Shown in pieces: positions 1 through 10,369 of a DNA stretch of 64,000 nucleotides. Numbering within the stretch: position 1 is the stretch's first letter; each line of letters starts with the position of its first letter. Source of the DNA: Pseudomonadota bacterium (lineage in GTDB: Bacteria > Pseudomonadota > Alphaproteobacteria > GCA-2746255); assembly GCA_040752895.1 (NCBI GenBank), contig JBFMHN010000001.1, positions 163,213 through 227,212 on the forward strand. The letters run 5' to 3'. The position numbers and the translations under genes were made by a program. The notes beneath the pieces are model-generated. The model made no database searches. It was given only the letters and a program-made list of their open reading frames with translations, and was not told the origin of the DNA.

Positions 1-921
1 CCGATCACCCAGCTTGCCTTCACCCTTGCGAACGGCTTCACCTTTGTCGAGGCTTACCTGGCGAGGGGCATGTCCATCGACGATTTTGCGCCGAATCTTT
101 CCTTCTTCTTTTCGAACGGAATGGATCCGGAATATTCCGTCCTCGGGCGCGTCGCCCGGCGCATTTGGGCGATGGCCATCAGGTACAAATATGGCGGCAA
201 CGAACGCAGCCAGAAGCTGAAATACCACGTCCAGACGTCCGGTCGCTCCCTGCATGCAAAGGAGATGACGTTCAACGACATTCGGACGACCCTGCAGGCC
301 CTGATCGCGATCTACGACAACTGCAACAGCCTGCACACGAACGCCTACGACGAAGCGTTCACGACGCCGACGGCGGAATCCGTCCGCCGGGCGATGGCGA
401 TTCAGATGATCATCAACCGGGAATGGGGCTGCGCCAAGAACGAGAACCCGAACCAGGGCTCCTTCTTCTTCGAGGAGCTGACGGATCTTGTCGAGGAAGC
501 CGTGTTGGGGGAGTTCGAGCGGCTTTCCGAGCGGGGCGGCGTGCTGGGGGCGATGGAGACCGGGTACCAGCGGGGCAAGATCCAGGACGAATCCCTGCTG
601 TACGAGACCCGCAAGCACGACGGAAGCCTGCCCGTCGTCGGGGTGAACACCTTCCTTAACCGGGAAGCGGTGGGCGCTTTGCCGACGCCGGACCTACAGC
701 GTTCGACCGAGGATGAAAAGCAAAACCAAATTCGCCGCCTTCGCGAATTCCAGACGCGTCACGGCAAGGAAGCGCAAGCCTCTCTCGCCCGCCTCAAGGA
801 AACGGCGATGCAGGATGGAAACGTTTTTGCAGTCTTGATGGCGGCGGTTCGTTGTTGCTCGCTCGGGCAGATCAGCCAGGCGCTGTTCGAGGTTGGCGGT
901 CGATATCGCAGAAATATGTAA
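1..921 (+). CDS. Isobutyryl-CoA mutase-like (methylmalonyl-CoA mutase family) large subunit, C-terminal part. The frame is open from nt 1, so the 5' end is truncated by the window.
   Basis: Frame 1 is open from nt 1 ([47 protein letters not shown]...). It matches the substrate-binding TIM-barrel part of the B12-dependent acyl-CoA mutase family and ends ...[36 protein letters not shown]. The protein terminates with the barrel domain, as in IcmA/IcmF-type mutases, rather than with a B12 domain. Confidence 0.7.
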   Translation, partial: PITQLAFTLANGFTFVEAYLARGMSIDDFAPNLSFFFSNGMDPEYSVLGRVARRIWAMAIRYKYGGNERSQKLKYHVQTSGRSLHAKEMTFNDIRTTLQALIAIYDNCNSLHTNAYDEAFTTPTAESVRRAMAIQMIINREWGCAKNENPNQGSFFFEELTDLVEEAVLGEFERLSERGGVLGAMETGYQRGKIQDESLLYETRKHDGSLPVVGVNTFLNREAVGALPTPDLQRSTEDEKQNQIRRLREFQTRHGKEAQASLARLKETAMQDGNVFAVLMAAVRCCSLGQISQALFEVGGRYRRNM

Positions 922-1048
922 GAACATCAGTCGATTACAGATAAATTTTTCTTAAACCCATAAACACAAATTTAACCTTTCTGCGGCAGGGTAGCAGCGG
1001 GGCCGCCTCAACCGTGCGGCGAAGCCTAATGAAACGGAAGGGGAAGTT

Positions 1049-1525
1049 GTGCAGTCGGAATATCTGAATATTTTTTCGATGATCGAGCGGCTTCACCGGC
1101 GATTCCTGGACGTCGTGAAGAACGAGTTGGACCGCATCGGAATCACGGACATCAACAACGTCCAGAGCCTGATCCTTTTCAACGTTTCCGAAGAAGAGAT
1201 GACCGTGGGCGAACTCACGATCCGCGGTTTTTATCTGGGGTCGAATGTCTCTTACAACCTGAAGAAGATGGTTGAGAACGGCTACCTCGTCCAAGAACGT
1301 TCCGCCCACGACCGGCGATCCGTACGCGTGCGTTGCTCGGAAAAAGGGCTCAAGCTTTGTCACACCTTGCAGGGCGTCTTCGACAATCACATTGCCGCGC
1401 TTGGCAAAGGTTATCTCACGACGGAAGATCTGGCGGCGGCGAACAAGACCCTGAAGCGGCTCGAACGGTTCTGGACCGACGCGCTTCGCTTCACCGCCGA
1501 TGTCACTCTTGAGGCAGCCTCCTGA
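1049..1525 (+). CDS. MarR-family transcriptional regulator
   Basis: 158 aa. GTG start at 1049 with a GGAAGGGGAAG RBS. wHTH-like core LTVGELTIRGFYLGSNVSYNLKKMVENGYLVQERSAHDRRSVRVR. Confidence 0.6.
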   Translation: MQSEYLNIFSMIERLHRRFLDVVKNELDRIGITDINNVQSLILFNVSEEEMTVGELTIRGFYLGSNVSYNLKKMVENGYLVQERSAHDRRSVRVRCSEKGLKLCHTLQGVFDNHIAALGKGYLTTEDLAAANKTLKRLERFWTDALRFTADVTLEAAS

Positions 1526-1555
1526 CACGCCGCTTGCCGGCCTTACCGAAGAAGC

Positions 1556-2500
1556 TCACGTCACGAACCAGTCCATCAGCGGGTCGATTTCCGGATAAGG
1601 GAAACTGTGCGGCGCGTCGGCGAGCTCCCGATAGGTGATGCCCTTCGTGCGGGCTCGCAATTTTTCGACCGTCTCTCGCGCCGGGCCGATCGGGAAGATC
1701 GGGTCTGCCGTTCCGTGAACGATATAAAGGGGAATTCTCGGCATCGCCTCCATGTCGAAGGGCTTGGTGCCAGCGAGAAGGGCCAGCTTTCGAAATGGAA
1801 CGCGTTTGCGGCAACCGAGAAGGGTGGCCGCGATGGCGCCGTCCGAAAGCCCGGCAAGCAAGGTTTCTTCTTTCGGGAGACCATAGTTCTCGCCCAGCTT
1901 TTCGATCATCAATTCGACCGGCTCGAAATCCTCCGCCGCCCACGTGGCGCCGTGGGAAGAGGGCGCATAGACGGCAAGCCTTCGGCGCGCCGCCGCAAAG
2001 ACCCACTTCCAGATGAAGTTGCGCCCCTTCATGAAGGCGCCGTGCAACACGACCAGCATCGCCTGCCGTGGCTTTGGCTTATCCGGCGGAAGGTAGAAGG
2101 CCTCGTCGCCTTCCTCGAAGATCTCGCCTTTGTACTCGCGCGCGAAGATTGTTTTTTTCAACAACACGTTTGCCGCGTCCACTTGCAGTTTTAGCCGCAC
2201 CACGTCCTCGAAACCGCGGATGGCGTATTGGCTGAAAACGGTCATCGCCTCCTGAAGCTCGACGAAAACGCGAACCAGGTCGGCGTCCAGCAGACTATCG
2301 GCGTGTTTTTCCAGGATGCGGAGCGTCGGCACCCACTTCTCGTGTGCCTCGATCTGGAGGGCGGCCATCTTTTTTGGGTTGTGAAAGGCGAGGCGGAACA
2401 GAAAATCGTCGATATCCTGCGCGAGTTGGCCCAGCCCTTCGGCGTTTTTTGTCACCCGAAACCTCGATGCGATGCGTGGCTGAACGGTGGCGGTTAGCAT
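1556..2500 (-). CDS. Alpha/beta hydrolase (phospholipase/carboxylesterase-like) with an N-terminal helical extension
   Basis: 314 aa. The C-terminal half carries ...LVVLHGAFMKG...LAGLSDGA...IVHGTADPIFP..., an esterase-like nucleophile elbow with Asp/His. Confidence 0.55.
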   Translation of the reverse strand: MLTATVQPRIASRFRVTKNAEGLGQLAQDIDDFLFRLAFHNPKKMAALQIEAHEKWVPTLRILEKHADSLLDADLVRVFVELQEAMTVFSQYAIRGFEDVVRLKLQVDAANVLLKKTIFAREYKGEIFEEGDEAFYLPPDKPKPRQAMLVVLHGAFMKGRNFIWKWVFAAARRRLAVYAPSSHGATWAAEDFEPVELMIEKLGENYGLPKEETLLAGLSDGAIAATLLGCRKRVPFRKLALLAGTKPFDMEAMPRIPLYIVHGTADPIFPIGPARETVEKLRARTKGITYRELADAPHSFPYPEIDPLMDWFVT

Positions 2501-2604
2501 AGATAGCTCATCGCCGATTGCAATTTTGTTTTTATTGGTTGGCAGTCGCTATAGGCCGCTACAATGAGACCGCTCAAGGGGAAGGTGTTGTCCGGAACCC
2601 CGAT

Positions 2605-2832
2605 ATGGTAGAAGGCCGATTGATGGTGAAAGACCCCGGTTCCGGTGATCGCGAGGTCCTGATCGAAATCCAGCGCGTCGGCAACTCGGTCAGGGTGACG
2701 GCCATGGATACGGCAACGCTGGTGGAAGTCACGATCGTCGGATCGCCCCGCGAGACGGAAGCGCGGCTTAAGCAGATGGCGGTGCAGAAGTTGCGTTACG
2801 TGCTTGGAAAACGTGGGCACAGCACCGACTGA
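2605..2832 (+). CDS. Small hypothetical protein
   Basis: ATG at 2605 within the 2518-2832 ORF. There are no recognisable motifs. It sits between the hydrolase and the symporter, and its codon usage fits the genome. Confidence 0.25.
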   Translation: MVEGRLMVKDPGSGDREVLIEIQRVGNSVRVTAMDTATLVEVTIVGSPRETEARLKQMAVQKLRYVLGKRGHSTD

Positions 2833-4423
2833 AGCGAGGGAAGGCAAGCAGAAGGCAGGCAAAATGGCGGCTCGCGCGATCCAAAAAGTCCGGGTTTTTC
2901 TTCTTTTCACTTTTTTCTTCGTTCTTTGGACCACCTTTCCCGCGCTTGCCCAGGCACCCGGCAGTCTTGACGCCAGGATCGACGCCATCCTGTCGCCGCT
3001 GGCCGACACCGTTTCCAGTGCGATTTTTTACGCCATTCCCGTCGGCGAGGCGCAGGTCCGCCTCATCGTCGTTTGGTTGATTGTCGTGGCGGTCAGCTTC
3101 ACCCTCTACCTCCGCTTCATCAATCTTTGGGGGTTTCGCCATGCCGTCGACATCATGCTGGGGAAGTATTCGGACGCTTCGCAACCCGGCGAAGTTTCCC
3201 ACTTCCGGGCGCTCTCGGCCGCCCTCTCTGGCACCGTCGGCCTTGGCAACATCGCGGGCGTTGCGGTTGCGATCGCCGTGGGCGGGCCGGGGGCTACGCT
3301 CTGGATGATCGTCGCCGGCTTCTTCGGCATGGCCTCGAAATTCGCGGAATGCACGCTTGGCGTGAAATACCGCGTCCTGCACGCCGACGGCACCGTGTCG
3401 GGCGGGCCGATGTATTACCTGTCGCGGGGGTTGGCCGAGATCGGTCTCCCCAGGCTCGGGCGCGGCCTTGCGGTCTGTTTCGCGATGGCCTGCGTCGGCG
3501 GCGCCATTGGCGCCGGGAACATGTTCCAGGCCAACCAGGCATACCAGCAGTTCGTCATCGTAACCGGCGGCGAAGCCAGCCTTTTCCATGACCAAGGCTG
3601 GCTGTTTGGTCTAATCCTTGCCGTCGTCGTCGGCCTTGTCATCATCGGCGGAATCAAAAGCATCGCCCAAGTGACGGCGCGAATCGTGCCTTTCATGGGG
3701 ATCACCTACCTGCTGGCCGGGTTTGTCATCGTGGCCACGCACGCCGAGCGCATCCCGGCGGCGATCCTCACCATCGTCGAAGGCGCCTTTACGCCGGCGG
3801 CGGGTTTTGGCGGGCTGATCGGTGTCCTTATGATGGGCTTCCAGCGGGCGACCTTCTCGAACGAGGCCGGCATCGGCTCCGCCCCCATCGCTTACGCTTC
3901 CATACGCACGTCCGAACCCGTTTCGGCGGGCTTCCTGTCGTTGCTCGAACCCTTTATCGACACCATTATCATCTGCACGATGACGGCTTTCGTGATCGTG
4001 CTTTCGGGCGTCTATCTCGAGAAGGAAATTTACCTGGACGGCAACGCGCTGGGCGGCGTCTTGATGACATCGGCCGCCTTTGCGCAAACCATCGACTGGT
4101 TTCCGTATGTACTGGCGCTTGTCGTGACGCTCTTTGCCGTTTCGACAATCATCACGTGGTCCTATTACGGCTTGAAATGCTGGACCTATCTTTTCGGCGA
4201 GACGCGCAGGGTGGATCAGGCCTTCAAGGTGCTTTTCCTCGCGTTCACGGTGATGGGATCGGCGATGTCGCTGCGATCCATCATCGATTTTTCGGACGCC
4301 ATGATTTTTGCGATGGCGTTCCCGAACGCGATCGGTCTTTACCTGCTTTCCGGGAAGCTGCGGGCGGATTTGCAGTCGTATTGGAAACGGGTCAAGGCGG
4401 GCGAAATCGCCCCTCGCAAATAG
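2804..4423 (+). CDS. Alanine/glycine:cation (sodium:alanine) symporter, AGCS family
   Basis: Polytopic membrane protein with AGCS-like segments (GLGNIAGVAVAIAVGGPGATLWM, GMASKFAECTLGVKYR, FSNEAGIGSAPIAYA). The true start may be the internal Met at 2864. Confidence 0.75.
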   Translation: MENVGTAPTEAREGKQKAGKMAARAIQKVRVFLLFTFFFVLWTTFPALAQAPGSLDARIDAILSPLADTVSSAIFYAIPVGEAQVRLIVVWLIVVAVSFTLYLRFINLWGFRHAVDIMLGKYSDASQPGEVSHFRALSAALSGTVGLGNIAGVAVAIAVGGPGATLWMIVAGFFGMASKFAECTLGVKYRVLHADGTVSGGPMYYLSRGLAEIGLPRLGRGLAVCFAMACVGGAIGAGNMFQANQAYQQFVIVTGGEASLFHDQGWLFGLILAVVVGLVIIGGIKSIAQVTARIVPFMGITYLLAGFVIVATHAERIPAAILTIVEGAFTPAAGFGGLIGVLMMGFQRATFSNEAGIGSAPIAYASIRTSEPVSAGFLSLLEPFIDTIIICTMTAFVIVLSGVYLEKEIYLDGNALGGVLMTSAAFAQTIDWFPYVLALVVTLFAVSTIITWSYYGLKCWTYLFGETRRVDQAFKVLFLAFTVMGSAMSLRSIIDFSDAMIFAMAFPNAIGLYLLSGKLRADLQSYWKRVKAGEIAPRK

Positions 4424-4436
4424 CTTTCGGGCGGAC

Positions 4437-4916
4437 CTACTTGCGGGGCTTGCGCCCGCGCCTTGCCATTCCTTTACGGCCCAGGCCGATCTTCTTGGCG
4501 AAGTCGGAGCGCTGGATGGCATAGTTCGGCGCCACCATCGGGTAGTCTGCCGCGAGGCCCCACTTTGCGCGGTATTGCTCCGGCATCATGCCGTAGGCTG
4601 TGCGCAGATGCCGTTTCAGCATCTTCAGTTTCTTGCCGTCCTCCAGACAAATGATGTAATCCGGCGTCACCGATTTGCGGATCGGCACGAAGGGACGGGG
4701 CGGGGCGGTGTCCCGCGCGCTGGCGGCGCCAAGCGAATCGAGCGACCGGTATACCGTCTGGATGAGTTCGGGAATTTGCCCGGCGCTGAGGTTATTGAAG
4801 CCGACATAGGCCGCGACGATCTCCGTCGCCATGCGCAGCAACTCTGTCCTTGGCGCTTTCTCGGCGGAGGTGCCGGCGACCGTCTTTCCGAAGGTGTTTT
4901 CCAGAATCTGTTTCAA
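4437..4916 (-). CDS. mucR: MucR/Ros-family zinc-finger transcriptional regulator
   Basis: 159 aa, Ros/MucR-like throughout (...PDYIICLEDGKKLKMLKRHLRTAYGMMPEQYRAKWGL...). It is followed upstream by a strongly AT-rich region. Confidence 0.8.
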   Translation of the reverse strand: MKQILENTFGKTVAGTSAEKAPRTELLRMATEIVAAYVGFNNLSAGQIPELIQTVYRSLDSLGAASARDTAPPRPFVPIRKSVTPDYIICLEDGKKLKMLKRHLRTAYGMMPEQYRAKWGLAADYPMVAPNYAIQRSDFAKKIGLGRKGMARRGRKPRK

Positions 4917-5105
4917 GCCGTCTCGTCACCCGCTTTGTTAGATATAAGGATGTATAGTATGGTAAATGTTACAATATAATAAAGTAAATAAATAGCTAAA
5001 CCCTTAAAACAATGAAAAAATTATACGATTTTCGATCATTCCCCTTGGCGCGTCCCTCTTTTCTCTCGCAGAAACCTATTTGTTAGATTTTATTGATTCG
5101 TCCTC
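4917..5105. promoter_or_regulatory. AT-rich divergent promoter region between mucR and rpiB
   Basis: About 190 bp of markedly low GC (tatagtatggtaaatgttacaatataataaagtaaataaatagctaaa...) in a genome that is otherwise about 63% GC. Confidence 0.4.
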
Positions 5106-5225
5106 GAATTGACTTTAGGGGAAAGCCGTCGTTTTCTGCCAATGACAGGGGCGGCGGGCTGGTATGGGCACACGACATATGGTAGTTTTTCGTCCTTTCC
5201 ACTCAAGTGCTGCCCGTTTCCGGCG

Positions 5226-5672
5226 ATGCCCGTAAAGCCGATAGCGATCGCTTCCGATCACGCAGGGTTTGAACTGAAGGCGGTTCTGCGTGAGGAAATC
5301 AGGAAGATGGGATACGGCGTTCTGGATTTAGGTACGGACAGCGCCGATTCGGTGGATTATCCGGATTTCGCCGATGCGCTTGCAAAAGCGATTGGCAAGG
5401 GAGACGCGGATCGAGGGGTGCTTATCTGCGGGAGCGGATTGGGTATCAGCATGGCGGCGAACCGTTACCCGGAAGTGCGCGCCGCGCCTTGCGCCGGGGC
5501 GGAGTGGGCGCGTCTTGCGCGGAAGCATAACGATGCCAACGTGCTGGCGCTGGGGGCGCGGCTGATCGGGGCCGATACCGCCAAGGCGTGCCTGAAGGCG
5601 TTTCTGGAGACCCCTTTCGAGGGTGGTCGTCACGAACGGCGCGTTCAAAAGCTATCCAAGCGATCGTCATAA
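5226..5672 (+). CDS. rpiB: Ribose-5-phosphate isomerase B
   Basis: [18 protein letters not shown]...[15 protein letters not shown]... is the RpiB/LacAB signature. ATG at 5226 inside the longer 5109 ORF. Confidence 0.85.
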   Translation: MPVKPIAIASDHAGFELKAVLREEIRKMGYGVLDLGTDSADSVDYPDFADALAKAIGKGDADRGVLICGSGLGISMAANRYPEVRAAPCAGAEWARLARKHNDANVLALGARLIGADTAKACLKAFLETPFEGGRHERRVQKLSKRSS

Positions 5673-5701
5673 GAGACACAGACAAAGAAAGGCCGGTCCG
5701 G

Positions 5702-7009
5702 ATGTCCGTCGTCAACGCCGCCCCCTCAAGGTTCTCGAGCAAGGAATTTTTTCTGGAAAACCTGGCCCATGAGGACCCCGCTATCTTCGCGGCGATCGAA
5801 GGCGAGTTGCATCGCCAGCAGAACGGGATCGAGCTGATCGCCTCCGAGAACATCGTCTCGCCGGCCGTGCTCGAGGCGCAGGGCTCGGTGCTGACGAACA
5901 AATACGCGGAAGGATACCCATCGAAGCGCTACTACGGCGGCTGCGAATATATGGACGTGGTTGAGGGGCTCGCCATCGAACGCGCGAAACAGCTTTTCGA
6001 CTGTCCCTTCGCGAACGTACAGCCGCATTCCGGCGCTCAGGCGAACGGGGCTGTCATGCTTGCCCTACTCGAACCGGGGGATCCGATCCTCGGCATGTCG
6101 CTGGCGGCGGGCGGGCATCTCACCCACGGGGCGAAGCCGGCGCTTTCCGGGAAATGGTTCAACGCCGCGCAGTACGGTGTGCGAAAGGAAGACGCTCGCA
6201 TCGATTATGACGAAGTTCTGCGCTTGGCTCGCGCACATAAGCCAAAGCTCATCATCGCCGGCGGTTCCGCCTATCCTCGGATCATTGATTTCGCGCGTTT
6301 CCGCGAGATCGCCGACGAGGTCGGAGCCTATCTGATGGTGGACATGGCACACTTTGCCGGGCTCGTCGCCGGCGATGTGCATCCGAGCCCGCTCCCTTAC
6401 GCGGACATCGTCACGACGACGACCCACAAGACTCTTCGCGGGCCGCGCGGCGGCATGATCCTGAGCCGGGACGAAGCGATCGGAAAAAAAATCAACACGG
6501 CGGTGTTTCCGGGTCTACAGGGCGGGCCGCTCATGCACGTCATCGCTGCCAAGGCGGTCGCCTTCGGCGAGGATCTCCGGCCCGCCTTCAAGGACTATGC
6601 GCGCGCGGTCGTTGCCAACGCGGCGACCCTGGCCGAGACCCTTCGCGCGCGGGGGTTCGACATCGTTTCCGGCGGCACCGACACGCACCTTCTTCTCGTC
6701 GATCTGCGTTCGAGGAAATTGTCGGGCAAGGCGGCCGAGGAAACCCTCGAGCGGGCCGGCATGACCTGCAATAAAAACGGCGTGCCTTTCGATCCGCAGC
6801 CGCCGACCGTCACCTCCGGCGTCCGCCTCGGCTCGCCGGCCGCCACGACGCGGGGCTTCGGCGTCGAAGAATTCCGCCTGGTGGGGGGGTGGATTGCCGA
6901 CGTGCTGGAGGGGTTGGAGGCGCACGGAGAAAGCAATTCGGCCGCTGAAACCGCAGCAAGGCAACGCGTCGAGGAATTGTGCCGTCGTTTTCCGATCTAT
7001 GTGCGGTAG
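5702..7009 (+). CDS. glyA: Serine hydroxymethyltransferase
   Basis: SHMT motifs [29 protein letters not shown] and [17 protein letters not shown] at 5702. Confidence 0.9.
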   Translation: MSVVNAAPSRFSSKEFFLENLAHEDPAIFAAIEGELHRQQNGIELIASENIVSPAVLEAQGSVLTNKYAEGYPSKRYYGGCEYMDVVEGLAIERAKQLFDCPFANVQPHSGAQANGAVMLALLEPGDPILGMSLAAGGHLTHGAKPALSGKWFNAAQYGVRKEDARIDYDEVLRLARAHKPKLIIAGGSAYPRIIDFARFREIADEVGAYLMVDMAHFAGLVAGDVHPSPLPYADIVTTTTHKTLRGPRGGMILSRDEAIGKKINTAVFPGLQGGPLMHVIAAKAVAFGEDLRPAFKDYARAVVANAATLAETLRARGFDIVSGGTDTHLLLVDLRSRKLSGKAAEETLERAGMTCNKNGVPFDPQPPTVTSGVRLGSPAATTRGFGVEEFRLVGGWIADVLEGLEAHGESNSAAETAARQRVEELCRRFPIYVR

Positions 7010-7054
7010 GGAGTTCGTGCCGGCGCCGCGTGCGCCGGCGAGGGGGAGATCGCT

Positions 7055-7513
7055 ATGCGTTGCCCGTTTTGCTTTCATGAAGATACCCAGGTCAAGGATT
7101 CACGGCCGACCGAGGACAACTCGGCCATCCGGCGTCGTCGTTTTTGTCCAGCCTGCGGTTCACGCTTTACGACGTTTGAGCGTATTCAGCTTCGGGAGCT
7201 GACCGTCCTTAAGAAAAGCGGAAGGCGGGCGCCCTTCGATCGCGACAAGCTCGCGCGCTCCATACAGATCGCCGTTCGCAAGCGGCCGATCGAACAGGAA
7301 CGGGTGGAACGGCTCATCAACGGCATCGTCCGTCGGCTCGAAAGCTCGGGCGAAAGCGAAATTTCTTCCGAGATCATCGGCGAAATGGTCATGGACGCGT
7401 TGGCCAGCCTCGACCAGGTGGCCTATGTCCGGTTTGCCTCTGTCTACCGGAACTTCCACGAAGCCAAGGACTTCGAGGAATTCGTTGGGAGGCTGAGTGC
7501 CGACGACGAATAA
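7055..7513 (+). CDS. nrdR: Transcriptional repressor NrdR
   Basis: [43 protein letters not shown] is the zinc ribbon plus ATP-cone of NrdR. Confidence 0.9.
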   Translation: MRCPFCFHEDTQVKDSRPTEDNSAIRRRRFCPACGSRFTTFERIQLRELTVLKKSGRRAPFDRDKLARSIQIAVRKRPIEQERVERLINGIVRRLESSGESEISSEIIGEMVMDALASLDQVAYVRFASVYRNFHEAKDFEEFVGRLSADDE

Positions 7514-7532
7514 CGACGCGGATTTTTGTCAT

Positions 7533-8612
7533 ATGCGGGCCGCCCTCGGCCTCGCCGGTCGGGCGTTGGGGGCGGTTGCGCCGAATCCGGCGGTGGGGGC
7601 TATCCTCGTGCGTGGCGGCCGCGTGGTGGGTCGCGGCTGGACTCAAATCGGCGGCCGACCTCACGCGGAAACCGAAGCTCTCGGGCGCGCCGGCGAAAAG
7701 GCGCGGGGTTCGACCGCCTACGTCACGCTTGAGCCCTGCGCCCATTGGGGGGAGACACCGCCTTGTGCGGATGCCCTGATCGCGGCCGGCGTCAAGCGTG
7801 CCGTCGTTGCGGTCGAAGACCCCGATCCTCGGGTGGCCGGGCAAGGACTCGCACGGCTTCGCGAGGCCGGGATCGAGGTCGTGCTTGGCGTGGCCGGGAC
7901 CAAGGCGGCCGAACTCAACGCCGGATTCTTCCTCCGCGTGAAGGCCGCCCGCCCGCTTCTTACCCTGAAGACGGCGACCACTCTCGATGGCCGCATCGCC
8001 ACCCGCGACGGAAAAAGCGAATGGATTACCGGCGAACAGGCCCGATGGGCGTCCCATGCCTTGCGGGCCAGCCACGACGCGATCATGGTCGGCGTCGGCA
8101 CGGTCAGCGCCGACGACCCGATGTTGACCTGCCGGCTTCCCGGCCTCGAAGGCCGAACCCCGACCCGCATTATCGTCGATTCCCGGCTGCGCACACAGCT
8201 TACGAACAAGCTCGTCGCCACGGCTGACCGCATTCCGACCTGGGTCGTGGCCCGCGAGGACGTGGATAGCGCTCGCCGGAACGCGTTCGAGGATTGCGGG
8301 GTCGAGGTGCTGGGCATGCCGGTGGACGCGAACGGCTACCCGGACCTGGACGAGATGATGCGGGAATTCGGCAGGCGCGGCCTGACGCGCGTCCTTCTGG
8401 AAGGTGGCGGGCATTTGACGGCGGCGCTTTTCGCACGCAACCTGATCGACCGGATTGCCTGGTTCCGCTCGCCGGCCGTCATGGGTGGCGACGGGGTGCC
8501 GGTGGCAAGCGCGTTCGGCGTTGACCGCCTTGCCGACATGCCTACCTTTATACGAAAGGAAGCGAGGGCCGTCGGAGAGGATTTTCTCGAAATCTACCAC
8601 CGTCGGCCATAG
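7533..8612 (+). CDS. ribD: Bifunctional riboflavin biosynthesis deaminase/reductase RibD
   Basis: Deaminase motif HAETEAL...TLEPCAHWGETPPCA followed by a reductase domain. An alternative start is at 7497. Confidence 0.85.
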   Translation: MRAALGLAGRALGAVAPNPAVGAILVRGGRVVGRGWTQIGGRPHAETEALGRAGEKARGSTAYVTLEPCAHWGETPPCADALIAAGVKRAVVAVEDPDPRVAGQGLARLREAGIEVVLGVAGTKAAELNAGFFLRVKAARPLLTLKTATTLDGRIATRDGKSEWITGEQARWASHALRASHDAIMVGVGTVSADDPMLTCRLPGLEGRTPTRIIVDSRLRTQLTNKLVATADRIPTWVVAREDVDSARRNAFEDCGVEVLGMPVDANGYPDLDEMMREFGRRGLTRVLLEGGGHLTAALFARNLIDRIAWFRSPAVMGGDGVPVASAFGVDRLADMPTFIRKEARAVGEDFLEIYHRRP

Positions 8613-8619
8613 AACCGAC

Positions 8620-9207
8620 ATGTTCACAGGCCTTATTACCGATATTGGGCGCGTTCGCGCCATTGCCGGGCAGGGAGAAATGCGGGTCGAGATCGAAACC
8701 GCGCTCGATCTTTCGAACCTTGCCATCGGCGCTTCGATCGCCTGCGCCGGTGTGTGCCTTAGCGTGGTGGAGAAAGGCGCGGGTTGGTTCGCGGTTCAGG
8801 CTTCGGGGGAAACGCTGGCCCATACGACGGTCGGCGAATGGCGGAAGGGCAGAGCGGTCAATCTCGAACGCCCCTTGCGTCTCGGCGACGAGCTTGGCGG
8901 TCATCTCGTCGCAGGTCATGTGGACGGGAAAGCCGAGATTCTTGCCCGCCAGCCGGAAGGTGCTAGCCTTCGGTTCCGGCTCCGGGCGCCTGAAGAACTC
9001 GCCCCTTATCTGGCGCGAAAAGGCTCCGTCACGCTGGACGGGGTTTCGTTGACGGTGAACGGCATCGAGGGAACGGTCTTCGATGTCAACGTCGTTCCGC
9101 ATACCCAACGTGTAACGACCTTCGGAATCGCGCAACCGGGCGATCGTGTAAATATGGAAGTTGACCTTCTCGCCCGCCACCTTGCCCGTCTTTTGGAGAG
9201 GGATTAG
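8620..9207 (+). CDS. ribE: Riboflavin synthase alpha subunit
   Basis: MFTGLITDIGRV... N-terminus with duplicated lumazine-binding halves. ATG at 8620. Confidence 0.85.
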   Translation: MFTGLITDIGRVRAIAGQGEMRVEIETALDLSNLAIGASIACAGVCLSVVEKGAGWFAVQASGETLAHTTVGEWRKGRAVNLERPLRLGDELGGHLVAGHVDGKAEILARQPEGASLRFRLRAPEELAPYLARKGSVTLDGVSLTVNGIEGTVFDVNVVPHTQRVTTFGIAQPGDRVNMEVDLLARHLARLLERD

Positions 9208-9212
9208 CTCGC

Positions 9213-10364
9213 GTGTCCAGCATGCCGTCCACGCTTTCCTCCGTTGCGGAAATTATTGCCGAAGCCCGCGAGGGCCGAATGTTTATCCTGGTCGACGACG
9301 AAGACCGCGAGAACGAAGGCGATCTTGTCATCCCGGCCGAGAAGACAACGCCGGAAGCGATCAATTTCATGGCGAAGCACGGGCGCGGCCTGGTTTGCCT
9401 TGCCCTGTCGTCCGGCCGCATCCGGGAATTGCGTCTGCCCCTGATGGGGAATCGGAACCAGGCGCGCCTGGAAACGGCCTTCACCATCTCCATCGAGGCG
9501 CGGGAAGGGGTGACGACCGGCATTTCCGCGGCCGACCGGGCCCGCACGATTGCCGTTGCCATTGACCCCACGAAGGGCGCCGAAGACATCCTGTCCCCCG
9601 GCCACGTGTTCCCGCTCGTTGCCCGGGACGGCGGCGTCCTTGTCCGCGCCGGGCATACGGAAGCGGCCGTCGACATTGCAAGGCTTGCCGGTCTCAACCC
9701 TTCCGGCGTCATTTGCGAGGTCATGAACGATGACGGCACGATGGCGCGGCTTCCTGATCTGCTTCGATTTGCCAAAGCGCATGGTCTAAAGGTTGGCACG
9801 ATTGCCGATCTTATCGCCTACCGCCGTCGCAACGAGGTGCTCGTCGAGCGTGCCGCGGAAACCGAGATCGTTAGCCGCCACGGCGGCAAACTGCGGATGA
9901 TCGTTTATCGCAACAAGGTCTCTGGAGCCGAGCACGTGGCGCTGATCAAGGGGGACCCGGCGGAAGCGGGGCCGGTGCCGGTCCGGATGCACGCCCTCAA
10001 CGTTTTCACGGACATTCTGGGCGAGGACAGTGAAGGGCGCGGCAGCGAGTTTCAGGCAGCTCTGCGCTTGATCCGCAAGCGTAGACGCGGGGTTGCCGTC
10101 CTCATCCGGGAAGCGCTGCCGTCGAGCCTTTCGGAACGCGTGAAGCTGCGCCAGCGGAAAACGCAAGGGGCGCCCTCAGCCCCCCCCATCTCGAAAGCCA
10201 CCGGCGAGCTTCGCGATTATGGAATCGGCGCGCAGATTTTGCTCGATCTCGGCATTCGGGATATGGTTCTGCTTTCGAACACCCGGCACACGATCATCGG
10301 TCTTGACGGCTATGGGCTTCGGGTCGTCGGCCAAGAGCCAATTCCAGTGGACGACGTGGAATAA
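9213..10364 (+). CDS. ribB: 3,4-dihydroxy-2-butanone-4-phosphate synthase (RibB) with a degenerate C-terminal GTP-cyclohydrolase-II-like domain
   Basis: DHBP synthase motifs (LVDDEDRENEGDL, GHTEAAVDIARLAG). The C-terminal roughly 170 aa resemble GCHII (DYGIGAQILLDLGI) but contain no Cys at all, so the zinc-binding CxxC...C ligands are missing. Confidence 0.8.
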   Translation: MSSMPSTLSSVAEIIAEAREGRMFILVDDEDRENEGDLVIPAEKTTPEAINFMAKHGRGLVCLALSSGRIRELRLPLMGNRNQARLETAFTISIEAREGVTTGISAADRARTIAVAIDPTKGAEDILSPGHVFPLVARDGGVLVRAGHTEAAVDIARLAGLNPSGVICEVMNDDGTMARLPDLLRFAKAHGLKVGTIADLIAYRRRNEVLVERAAETEIVSRHGGKLRMIVYRNKVSGAEHVALIKGDPAEAGPVPVRMHALNVFTDILGEDSEGRGSEFQAALRLIRKRRRGVAVLIREALPSSLSERVKLRQRKTQGAPSAPPISKATGELRDYGIGAQILLDLGIRDMVLLSNTRHTIIGLDGYGLRVVGQEPIPVDDVE

Positions 10365-10369
10365 AACGC

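Noticed and set aside
7389-8726. 445-aa minus-strand ORF across nrdR and ribD
   Set aside because: Antisense shadow of the well-supported nrdR and ribD genes.
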